Source: Elsinoe ampelina
Lineage: Eukaryota
Assembly: GCA_010093995.1 (NCBI GenBank)
Contig: ML992507.1
Location: 264,781 to 328,780, forward strand
Reading direction: 5' to 3'
DNA length: 64,000 bases
The notes beneath the pieces were generated by a model. That model worked only from the letters and a program-made list of their open reading frames with translations. It did no database searches and was not told the DNA's origin. Shown here piece by piece: positions 12,280 through 22,197 of this stretch (the stretch's first letter is position 1; the number at the start of each line of letters is the position of its first letter). The position numbers were made by a program, and so were the translations under genes.

Positions 12280-12723
12280 ATGTCCTCCGACGCTCTCCCC
12301 ATCGATCCAGCCCAATTCGCTCACGCCCTCGAATCCCTCCCTGTCGAAACTCTCCACCAGAAAGCCGCCGAGATCCTCAACTCGATCGGGCATCTCAAGT
12401 CGTCGAACGAGCAGATGATGCCGTTCGCAGACGAAGGAGATCAGGACTGCAAGGAGGCTATGTTTGAGAACCTAGTGGTGATAGGGCGCATGAATGAGCG
12501 GATCAAGATACTAAGGGAGGAGGTGGAAAAGAGGGGCTTGAGATGGATGGATGCGGAAGTGGAGGAGAGGGAGGGGAAGGTGAATGGACATGTAGAGGGG
12601 AACGGGGAGGTGAGAGAAGTGAGGGCGCCGAGCGGGAGGCTGACGGACGAGGAGCTGCGGAGAAGGTTGGAGGAGAGGATGGTGGCTGATGAGGCGGAGG
12701 AGGAGGAGGGGGTGCACCTGTGA
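12280..12723 (+). CDS. Conserved-looking small acidic coiled-coil protein of unknown function
   Basis: 147-aa ORF with good ATG context (GCCATG); LHQKAAEILNSIGHLKSSNEQM..DQDCKEAMFENLVVIGRMNERI; ends EEGVHL. Confidence 0.75.
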   Translation: MSSDALPIDPAQFAHALESLPVETLHQKAAEILNSIGHLKSSNEQMMPFADEGDQDCKEAMFENLVVIGRMNERIKILREEVEKRGLRWMDAEVEEREGKVNGHVEGNGEVREVRAPSGRLTDEELRRRLEERMVADEAEEEEGVHL

Positions 12724-13157
12724 AGTGAAGCTGGATTGGAGCTAGGAGATTCACCACGACGCCATGAAATGATATATGAAATACATGTCGCATTGGCAGT
12801 CCAGTAGGGCTTCGGGCACAACATCACAACAATGCGTGGGTCTTGGCTACGAGGCCACGCACGGCAATCGACCTTGGACCAAAGAAGGACCGGCGCGGCA
12901 GAAAGACGTATGCTGGACCAGCAGACCGTCCGAGGTATCCAGCAATGCGAGCTGCAAAGCCGCCACACACTGGATCCCATCGAGACCAATTGCACGCCGC
13001 GAGCACCTCTTAGCAGGCGAGATATCTTGGTCATTTGCACCAGAGTCGAGTATCGCCACCACAAGACTTTCGAAGGCCAGAAGCATGAGGCACATCAGGA
13101 GAGCAGAGCGATGTAGATTAGCTAACCCTACCACCCTGAACCCATCCTCTCCGCTCC

Positions 13158-13768
13158 TCACAAGTTCGCCCCCGTGTTCGTCGCCCCTGCCACCTTTCCC
13201 ACGATGTTATATCGCTTGCTAAAGAACGTGAACCAGTCGTTCAGCACCTTCTTGTGCTCGTCTGACAGATCCTCCCAGTCTGATCTTGCGTCCTCGGGCT
13301 TGAGTGATGACTGAGCAAGGCCGCGGGAGGCGTCTTTGCCGGCGAAGACTGTGAAGTGTTAGGTTGGGGGAGTACAGAGGACGGAGGTGGTGAAAAAGAA
13401 ACGATCCAGGAGAGTTTGGATGAGACTTACCTGAGTATGAGGCTCCTGGAGCATAGGCTTTGTTGCCTGTCACGTCGAAGACTGTGCCCTGCTGGTGGTT
13501 AGTATGGAGAAAGTAGGAAGAGACCTCGGCTAGCTGGGGCCATTTTTGAGTGATGAAGACGTTGTAGGAAGAGGATAACAAGAGATAAGGATAGGGTAGG
13601 GAGGATAGTGTTCAAATTTGGGGGCTAGAACAGAAAATCGCATACCTTGATCGCCACGTACGTGGGTTTGCCTTCATGCTTGCCGTCGCATAGTGCGAGG
13701 TCCTCGAGGGAGATCAGGTCATCCTTTGGAGGGGCAAGTTCCACCTTGGTCTTGGGCTCGAAAGACAT
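13158..13768 (-). CDS. Small cytochrome b5-like heme/steroid-binding protein (MAPR family), 3 exons
   Basis: Spliced product ..LALCDG..PTYVAIK|GTVFDVTGNKAYAPGASYS|VFAGKDASRGLA..LNDWFTFFSKRYNIVGKV; introns ~13490-13644 and ~13349-13430. Confidence 0.88.
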
Positions 13769-14021
13769 TTTCAATGGTGTTGCTCGAGTCCTGATTCTCG
13801 AATAAAGATGCTGTGAATATTTGGCGAAATCCTGGCGTGTATATTGAGGTGTTGAAGTGATTGAATGTTCAAGCACGCGATGATGTCGTCGTCAAGCCAA
13901 GACGAAGGTCAGCTTTGCTTCAACCTCACTTGATTCACAAAACATAACATGCTCAACTTGAAACATATAAGCACTTGATTTTTCGGATGCAAGATGGATA
14001 TCTATGCGATGCTATCTACAA

Positions 14022-16349
14022 TCACACCTTGAAAGGCTTTCCCTGCTTCTTCGCCCTCCTCATCATCCTCTTCTTCTGAATGATCCTTTGACGCTGAGCC
14101 AGCTTCTCATCCTCGGGTTTTTTCACTTCTTCCTCTTCACCATCCGCTCCTCGTTTCCGCTTCTTGTCAAATTTGCCGTTCTTTCCCTTTCCAGTGCCAT
14201 CCTTGCCTACAGCCTCACCATTCTCTGGGTTTCCCAGCTTGCTCCTCTCCCTCGCCTTGTCCTCCTTCTCCTTCCTTCTCTGGACGACCTGAGCATTCTC
14301 GATCGCAAACTCGACAATGAGTCTCTTCTTGCGATCTTCCAAAACTTCCTTGTCTGGTTTGCCCTTCCCTTCCTTGACCTTGCTGAGAGCCTTATAGTCG
14401 ATTTGATGCCCGTTGAGCCAGCGCAGACCCATGAGAGCATTCCGGTGCGTATGATATTCGATGAAGCCGTAGCCTCGACTCCTACCTGCTCCTGACTTTT
14501 CATCAACCTTGCCACCTTCACGACCCTCGAAAACAACCTTGGCTTGTTTGACGACACCTTTCTTCTGCTCCTTGCGTTGGCGCTCAAGTTCTCGCATTTC
14601 TTCGCCCGCTCGGTTTGCTTCCTCCTTGCTAAGCTTCTGGCGTCGACCTTCTTTGATGTCAATGGCGAACCCGACAATGGCTTCTCGGGCGAGTTGTTTG
14701 AGATCTTTACTGGTGACACCACGGGGCAGATTCCTGACGCTTAGGCGGGTCAAACTGAGTGAGAGTGAAGGGTTGCTCTCGATTATCGCCTTTCTCTGCT
14801 TGGCGCTCGATTCTCGTAACGATCGTTCAGTCTGGCTGAGTCGCTCGTAGAGTGGAGATTTGTGGTTGATGGTACCCTCAGACAGGAGGTACAGTCGTCT
14901 CCGATCCTTGTCGCGACTGTACCGCTGAGCGACACCCTGCGCAGTGAGTCGATTTGCTTCGCCCTTGGCAACTGCTCGAGAGACCTGCAGCACTCGTCCT
15001 TCCAGCGTGTACTTCCCACTGGGATCGAGTGTCTCATCTTGCAGCACAGACAGTGTGGTGGGCTTGCTCTTGTCCTCTGGCTTTGGGGCGAAATGCCGGG
15101 GAGCATTGCGTAGACACTCGTCGGCTTCTTCAGTGTTGTAGAAGCAAACGAATCCAGTTCCCCTCGGTCGTGAGGTGACATTGTCAATCACGACCCGAGC
15201 ATATCGTATGGCACCGAAAGGCCGGAAGACCTCCTCCAAGTCTTCGTCCGTGGCCGTGAAGGGTAGATTCCGGACAAACAGGGTTCCAGATCGATCCTCT
15301 TCCTTGTCTTCCTCATCCTCGTCTTCGTCCTCCACATCCAAATCTTCATCCTCATCGTCATCCTCACCACTAGATCCTTCCTCCTCATCGGACTCAATGT
15401 CATCAATCCCATGGACATCCATCTCATCCTCATCCTCAGTCTTCACCTCCACCCCATCCTCCTCCTCTTCCTCATTCCCCTTCATCTCCTGATAGACATC
15501 CCTCTTCACCGCCCAATCCACTGCCACTCCTCGTCCATCCAACTCCATCCCGTTCCCCTCCTTAATCGCCTTCTCCGCCGCCTTCCTCCCTTTGAACGTC
15601 ACAAACCCAAACCCCTGCAACAACCCGTTCCCTTTCCTCGGCACCACCGCCCCCTTGACCTTCCCATACTTCTCAAAATAACCCCCGAGTTGCTCCCCAC
15701 TCTTGACGCTCCACGGCAAATTCCTCACGATAATCTTACTCCCCATCTCCAAATCCCTCTTCGCCTTCCTTTCCGCCGCCTCCTCCTTCCCCCTCGCCTT
15801 GCCCCCCAAACCCTTCCCCTTACCATTCCCAATCCCTATTTCCTCCCCTCCCTCTCCCCCCTCCAGCTCCTCCCCCGCTCCCCCCTTCCGTTCCCTCGGC
15901 ACAGCCACCTCAACCCTAAGCCTCCTCCCCTTCCTCCTCCTCCCCTCCGAATCCACCTCGGGCTCCTCCTTCTCCTCCCCCAATTCCCCCTTGAGCACAT
16001 ACCCATGGAACTCCTCCTTGGCGGCCCGGGCGTCCTCTGCGTCGGCGAACGTCACGAAGCCGTAACCCTTGCATTGCTGCGTGGCGGGGTCGGTGACGGC
16101 GGTGGCGTGTTTTATGGGGCGGGAGGCGGAGAAGAGGGTTGTGAGGAGGTCGGTGGTCGTGGTGGGGGGGAGGGAGCGGATGAAGAGGGTGCGGGATTGG
16201 GATTGGGATGGGGGTTGGGAGGGTTTGGTGGCTGGAGGGGAAGCGGTGGGGCTTTCGGGTTTGGGGAAGGGAGGAGAGGTGGTGGTGGGTGTGAGGGCGG
16301 TGGGGTCGGAGGGGAGGGATTGGCGTTGTTTTTTGCGTGGTGGTGGCAT
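14022..16349 (-). CDS. NOP4: Nucleolar multi-RRM protein Nop4/RBM28
   Basis: Four RRMs (TLFIRSLP/KGYGFVTF; IIVRNLP/GFGFVTF; TLFVRNLP/RGTGFVCF; LSVRNLP/RSRGYGFIEY), acidic tract, DRRRLYLLSEG and RLIVEFAIEN motifs. Confidence 0.93.
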   Translation of the reverse strand: MPPPRKKQRQSLPSDPTALTPTTTSPPFPKPESPTASPPATKPSQPPSQSQSRTLFIRSLPPTTTTDLLTTLFSASRPIKHATAVTDPATQQCKGYGFVTFADAEDARAAKEEFHGYVLKGELGEEKEEPEVDSEGRRRKGRRLRVEVAVPRERKGGAGEELEGGEGGEEIGIGNGKGKGLGGKARGKEEAAERKAKRDLEMGSKIIVRNLPWSVKSGEQLGGYFEKYGKVKGAVVPRKGNGLLQGFGFVTFKGRKAAEKAIKEGNGMELDGRGVAVDWAVKRDVYQEMKGNEEEEEDGVEVKTEDEDEMDVHGIDDIESDEEEGSSGEDDDEDEDLDVEDEDEDEEDKEEDRSGTLFVRNLPFTATDEDLEEVFRPFGAIRYARVVIDNVTSRPRGTGFVCFYNTEEADECLRNAPRHFAPKPEDKSKPTTLSVLQDETLDPSGKYTLEGRVLQVSRAVAKGEANRLTAQGVAQRYSRDKDRRRLYLLSEGTINHKSPLYERLSQTERSLRESSAKQRKAIIESNPSLSLSLTRLSVRNLPRGVTSKDLKQLAREAIVGFAIDIKEGRRQKLSKEEANRAGEEMRELERQRKEQKKGVVKQAKVVFEGREGGKVDEKSGAGRSRGYGFIEYHTHRNALMGLRWLNGHQIDYKALSKVKEGKGKPDKEVLEDRKKRLIVEFAIENAQVVQRRKEKEDKARERSKLGNPENGEAVGKDGTGKGKNGKFDKKRKRGADGEEEEVKKPEDEKLAQRQRIIQKKRMMRRAKKQGKPFKV

Positions 16350-16602
16350 GGTGGTTGGGGGTTGTTTGGTGTGGGAAGGTCAAGGTAGAGGTGGAAAAGT
16401 TTCAGAGGTGTATTGGGAATTTTTTCCCGTGGCGGGGATTAGGCGGGGATAAGGTTGGTGCATGTTTGGAGACCAATGTTTCATGGTCAAAGCGATAGCA
16501 AACATGTAGGGAAGAACCTTGAATGCTATTGTTCTGCGGAATTATAGGTCGAGTATTTCTTATCTATTACTATGCTCGAATTTGTCATGGTCGCTATGCA
16601 AT

Positions 16603-18387
16603 CTACTCCTTTTTTTCTCTATCATCCCTGCCCTGCTCACTACCACTTGTCTCTCCCACTTCACCATGTCCCGACCTAATACCCATCCGTAATCTCTCTC
16701 TTTTGACCTCAGGCATCTCAGGTCTACCGCCTACCGAAGCAAGTACAACGTCAGCATCAGCAGTCAAGTTGTCCATAATCTCCAGCTCCTCCCTAGTGAA
16801 CCATCTCGGGTACACCTTCCATCGAAGCGGGATCAAGCTGAGAATAATGATCGGGAAACCAATGGCGCCGATGGTCTGACTGATGGCGACACTGGCGAAG
16901 ACACCAAAGAATTGCCAGAAGATGTAGTGCGCGATCTGCTTTCTTGGTACTTTGAGAAGAGGATCTTGAGGATCAATGAATCTTCGTTCCTTCATGAGCC
17001 AGAGGAGGCGATGCAAAATGTCATTGCCCTCGATACTGCCCCAGCCGACGACGAAGAAAACGCCGCAGAAGAGGCAGCGGGGCATGGTGCGGAGGACGAC
17101 GAGCAGAGGCCCAGTCATGGTGCCGATAAGACCTAGACCCATGAGGAAGTGGGACACTCGTTGCTCCTTGACTGCGACAGCGTCGATGGTCTTTCGGTTC
17201 CGGTCTTGAACTACGCCGTCCTCGTCTTCTCTAACCTTGTGCAGATTGTCGGCGTAGTCTGTGCACGCATCTGTATGGACCGGGGCTTGCGGGACAAGAC
17301 CGTTGGGCAGTGGTAGACCCAGAATTCCGCCAATGAAGCAGGTGATGCCGAGGAGGAAGAAATCCCAGTGGAATCCGGCAGGCTTCTTCAGTGGGTACTT
17401 GCGAGCTTGAGCGGTGATACTCGAGATGTTGTGATCGTAATAGAACAACAGTGTCATGAGCATGCCGATCGGCAGGGCCACGAAGACCCACTTGACAGGC
17501 AGAGTGTAGAACTCAACGAACCAGCTGCGTTGTACCGTCGGCATGAACGCTGGAGCTGTGGGGAGCTTGAGGACGTTGGTATCCTTGAGTGGACCAGGAA
17601 TGTGCACAAATCCAGTATAGAACAGTGTCGCAATCGGGTAAGCGTAGTCCGAGATCAGCTTCCGGATAGCCGGCGTGAAGATGATGGTCTGAGGGACAAG
17701 TTCTAAACAATAGACGGTGAACCAGTAGCAGAGAGCCACGACAACAGCCAGGAATCCAGCTCGTGCATTGTTGGAGACGAATTCATCTACCAGCTCTTCG
17801 ACTCCCTTGATCATGTAGATGATGCCCACGTAGAGACCAAATGAGCTCGATGAGAAGTCGGTGATGTATCGCATGTAGTCGCAGAGATTGCCAGCCGCCA
17901 TGATCCAGTGCGTGATGGCTGCCCATATCCCAACCCATCCAATGAAGGCCGGGTATTGGTCGCCGATGCCTTGCTCGACAGCGATGTCGTAGATGGTGTA
18001 GTTGAACAGCGAGATGAGACCAGTGATACCGACGATGGTGAGGGGCTGCGCTGCAAACAGACTGAAGACAATAGCAGCGAGGGCAGATGCGAAGAGTGCC
18101 TCGTTGATGCCAAAGAATGTGTAGTCGGTGCGCCGACTCATATCGAGCTGGAATGCAATCGCCGGAAGAATATTGACAAAGTAGATCCGGATCGTCGCCG
18201 CAAACGTCCTGTAATTGAAGCCATCGTAGATATCACTCCAGTAGTATGGTGCTCGCCGCCGAACATCGTGGTACATGCCCCGAAATGGTCGAAGCATGCG
18301 GTAGCTCTTCCATCCTGTCAAGCCGTCCCAATTATATGGGTCCTTGCCCTCTACATGTCGTTCCTTGGGTTTGAGGTTTGGAGTCAT
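16603..18387 (-). CDS. HCO3-/borate transporter family (Bor1-like) protein
   Basis: DVRRRAPYYWSD, YFVNILPAIAF, QPLTIVGITG, LFYYDHN, LKKPAGFHWDF, PNGLVPQAPVHT, VKEQRVS. First true ATG is at 18387; the track's 18405 start is TTG. Confidence 0.92.
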   Translation of the reverse strand: MTPNLKPKERHVEGKDPYNWDGLTGWKSYRMLRPFRGMYHDVRRRAPYYWSDIYDGFNYRTFAATIRIYFVNILPAIAFQLDMSRRTDYTFFGINEALFASALAAIVFSLFAAQPLTIVGITGLISLFNYTIYDIAVEQGIGDQYPAFIGWVGIWAAITHWIMAAGNLCDYMRYITDFSSSSFGLYVGIIYMIKGVEELVDEFVSNNARAGFLAVVVALCYWFTVYCLELVPQTIIFTPAIRKLISDYAYPIATLFYTGFVHIPGPLKDTNVLKLPTAPAFMPTVQRSWFVEFYTLPVKWVFVALPIGMLMTLLFYYDHNISSITAQARKYPLKKPAGFHWDFFLLGITCFIGGILGLPLPNGLVPQAPVHTDACTDYADNLHKVREDEDGVVQDRNRKTIDAVAVKEQRVSHFLMGLGLIGTMTGPLLVVLRTMPRCLFCGVFFVVGWGSIEGNDILHRLLWLMKERRFIDPQDPLLKVPRKQIAHYIFWQFFGVFASVAISQTIGAIGFPIIILSLIPLRWKVYPRWFTREELEIMDNLTADADVVLASVGGRPEMPEVKRERLRMGIRSGHGEVGETSGSEQGRDDREKKE

Positions 18388-19080
18388 GATCGAAGCAAAA
18401 GACAATTATGTTGTATGAAAAGTTCGTCTAGTCCCATTAAGCGTTTCCGTGATGAATGTTATTGTCGCGCAAAGCAAAGTCGATCCATGTACCACACCAG
18501 TGAGAACAATTTATTAGGAAAGATCTGGATGGGAACTCTGATATGAATGGAATTATGAACAAATGAGATCGGTGGCGCACGTATTAAAGTACCAGTGATG
18601 AGTAGTTCAAATTGAGAGAGAAAAGCCGTCGATCAGGGCGGTGGAGGGGGCTCCGGCTCTCGATGTCAACAGTTGATGATAGGGTATGGTTCAACTGTAC
18701 CGGTGCACAGAGCATCACTCATTCTCTTTCAACCATTGATTTCTTCACTGCTATCATCTTCTCTTTGGCCCCAGTCTAACAGGAGTAAGCAGTGTGATAT
18801 GTCTTGCTGTCAACGAGCTGCAGCCCGCATCGTGAATAAGGAGGAGGGGGTGGATAAAATTGCGTCACTCGATCCGGAAATGTTCAGACTTTGGCATCAT
18901 TTTTTCTGCCCAGGCAGTGTCTCTTGTCGTTAGTCCGGTGCACAGTCTCGGACTTGACTCATCATATCATTCATTGCAGACAGTCGCTATGCTGTATAAT
19001 CATTACAAGGCGTATACGCTTTTGGTTTTGTTCCCAGAAACCCCAGTAGCAATAGCCTGACTCCATGCACTACACCGATC

Positions 19081-20941
19081 TCACGGCTCAGCGCCCATGC
19101 TGGCCGCACGTTGTCGTTTCCTCTTCTTGCGCCTAGCTTCCGCAGGATGGTCCATGAGCTCAAATTTGGACGGGTTGGCGTCAAAGGGCTTTCGTCTTCG
19201 CACAACCTGATAACCACGATCCAGTTCGACCTCGATAGCACAGCGAATCTTTAGAGCCCCAATTGCAGGCCACACACTCTTCTCCCCTTTCAGAATCCAG
19301 TAGTCCAGCATCTCGCGAGTCGGATTCTCCAGTAATTTCGCAAAGTCTGAAAGGCCAACATCTGGCACAAGCGTCAAACTCGGTCCTGGGACATTCTCAT
19401 CCATGAGGAATCGCCGATTACTCGATGACAGATAGCCTAGAGAATCAAGCTGATGCAGTCTGTGCTGTATCTCCATGTACACGACCTTCAGGAAGCTGTT
19501 CCAGATACTCTTACGACCAGCATATCCAGGCTTTGGACTGCTCAAATCGCTTTGCAGGAACGGCGCAATGTATGGTCGGGCTTGAGAGACGATAAAGTGG
19601 TTCACGTTGAACAGCTCAGCTACCCTGGCCAAAGGATTCTCTCGATCGTTGCCATATTTCAGATGCTTCTTACTGTATGTGTTGCTGTGGGTTGAAGTCC
19701 ACGGAACAATGTTGCCTGCTTCGTCCTTGCAGAACAGCTCGACCGGAGTGCGAACATCATCCGGCCGGTTCGAAGCTAGTGCCGCCGACCATATGAGAAC
19801 GTGTGGGGCAGTCAGATAGTTGAGCAAGGTAGGTACTCCACCAATAGTGGGATTGAGCGTGATGTTCAGTACTCGCTTTGTCTTCTGGTATGCCTCAGCA
19901 AACGTCAGATCACCCACATTCGACTTGACGCAATCTTCCAGAGCCTTTGCGTCAAGCAGATAGCCTTCTTCAAAGAAACGACGTGCACGTCTGAACAGAG
20001 TCGTGAGCCAGCCATGCTTCAAAGCACCATGCTTTTGGCGAGCGACAGACGCGGCCTCTTTTGAACGAGCATCGAAAGCGCTGAGATCAATGCCGTCGCT
20101 GCTGAGAAAGTCGAGCAACTCATCCTCTCCGTGGACGCCCACGAGAGCAGCAATCAGTGCGCCGGTAGCTGTACCAGAAATGATACGTGGAAGGACGCCT
20201 CGTAGATGCAGAGCTTTGACAACGCCGATGTGACAGAGTCCGAAAATTGAACCGCCTTGCAGAACGAGTACAGTGCGTCCGAACGCCTGTCGAGTATCGT
20301 GGAGAAGGTCCAGCTTAGCCTGACTGGTGAGACCGATATCGCTAGTCAGAGTTGTAGGATACTGTGTGACATATTCGATCGCCAGCGCAGCTTGGGTGAT
20401 ATAGTCCTCGATCAAGAGTTTAGTGCCTGCATATGCTCTGCTGTACAGACGGGGCGCCGTGATGTTTCCGAGGTTCCGTACCAGACCCGAGCGTAGCAGG
20501 TTGACCAGTGCAAGTATGTCCTCCTCGTCCATAGCCTCCAGCATTTGCTCCAGTCGATCGTATATCAGGCGGTAATCGTAATGCTTGGACGTGAGGTTCT
20601 GACGCCTTTCGTCTGCGGTCAGCCATACTCCCTTCTCTAGCTCGATTCAACACTGACCATAGATTGTTCTCCTCGAGGTCATCGAGCGAGTATGCCGCGG
20701 CTTCCCACTCTTCGAATACTTGAGCGCTTGCCAGGGTGTCGAGAAGACGTCGCTTCGTAGTTGGTCGGGTCCATCGTTGCCAGAGCTTCTGTGAGGTCGT
20801 CAGCAGTCACTTGCAAGAGACGTTGATGTCATGTACCCTTTGCCAGAAGAATGCGACATCCAGGAAACACCCAAGGATCGCCCAAACCCCTGACCAGGCA
20901 CGCCCTCTCCTGGAGCTTGCCTGCCCCGAGGCTCGAGGCAT
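19081..20941 (-). CDS. TGL3: Patatin-like triacylglycerol lipase family protein (Tgl3-like), 3 exons
   Basis: Exons ~20837-20941, ~20660-20788 and 19081-~20605; YDYRLI, LLRSGLVRNLG, GTKLLIEDYI, QAFGRTVLVLQGGSIFG, LLNYLTAPHVLIWSA, ELFNVNHFIVSQ. Confidence 0.88.
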
Positions 20942-21289
20942 TGTGATGTGCCCTATCACGTCTCGAAATTCTTCATTTTATGTAGTACTGTCCCGGAAGG
21001 ATGAAGTGATCTTGCAAGAACTAAAAGTGTAGAAGAGGACACCCCGTCTTCGAACAAGGTTGACCTCGAGAGTAAGCTCCAGGTGCCCCACAACAGAGCC
21101 GCACGCTCTTTCCTGACATGTGACAGCCGCCGCGTTGCCTCCTCTCAGCTCCCCCACCTGAATACACACGACTTCTCAATAAACTGCTGTGATACGCAGA
21201 GATGAATTGATCAAGGTGCTATGTCAACATTTGATAAGGGCGTTACCCATGCAAAGTCATTTCATCACTTCAGAAATTTGTTCTCACGG

Positions 21290-21800
21290 TGAAAATCGGC
21301 TGCTTGGGGTGACGCCTTGACAGCTTCAAACACATCGACCTTCAAAGAATACATGTCATGCTTCTTGACGAGATCTACACGCTCCAGTAGCTCTCCATTA
21401 TCATGATTTGCGTTAATATATCGCCCCTTCAGCGCTGCGGCGGTACACGGTGGAATGAGAAATGCAATGGGTGGAGCCGACATGATGAAACCTGGGAGAA
21501 CGCTGTCTTCTGTCGAACTTGATTGTGAACGTCTCCCTGGGTGGCTACCAGAGCCATAATACTTATAATTGACGTTCCCCCAGCTTGTCCTTGTCATGCA
21601 TCTTAAGACCAGACGTGGAGAATCTCTCGCCCTAAGTTACCACTGGTGCCTGAGGAACACCTGCAGAGCGTCCTTGGGGCTAACAAGGACCAAAGTTGGT
21701 GCTTGCGACTGTCCTTGTTTCATGATTGGTCCAGGATATTCGAAGCTTTTACCACCAGTGCTGATGTGCGGCGATCATTGACCTCTAACCGCTGTGGTCG
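21290..21800 (-). pseudogene. Degenerate short-chain dehydrogenase/reductase relic
   Basis: Fragments in different frames in SDR order: LEVNDRRTSALVVKAS; PTLVLVS; SHPG; LKGRYINANHDNGELL..HDMYSL. Broken by stops and frameshifts; no intact N-terminus. Confidence 0.5.
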
Positions 21801-22197
21801 CAGCAGACGGCTGGAGAGTGCTGTCAGCTGAAAAAAGATTCTGCATGCGACTCTTTGCCTGGCTCTTCTCGGCGGAGATGGGGAGAGCCAATCCACTTGC
21901 TGGGCATGAACCAGACTGCACCGGCCTTGCGTTTCAGATGCTTGATCTAGCGTAGCGTCGCTCGACCCTTGTTGGCTATTAATGGATAAGCCCGTGAAAC
22001 CTACCAGAGGCATTCTTCCGAGACGTTCTCTCTGTCTTGTCAATCTTCTGGCGTACGCACTGGACAGTTGTTTCTGCTAGACAGGGCGCAGTCATTCGTT
22101 TATTGTTTGCGAGGGATATCGGACATGGTTTGGTGAAGTTCACCGAATTCAACCCAATCCCCGTCTCGCGCGCATTGTGCAGCGCTGGTAATGTAAT

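Noticed and set aside
13158..13175. C-terminal -ANL of the cytochrome b5-like protein as a PTS1
   Set aside because: Weak non-canonical tripeptide with no upstream basic residue; no other support.
15411..16388. 325-aa Leu/Pro-rich then Gly-rich antisense ORF (likewise 43694-44674, 62471-63481, 22778-23731, 2979-3926)
   Set aside because: Stop-poor shadows produced by the C/G skew islands or proline-rich coding.
18449..18541. GTGATGA...CTGA pair resembling a box C/D snoRNA
   Set aside because: No terminal stem, no recognisable rRNA guide, and it lies antisense in the transporter's leader region.
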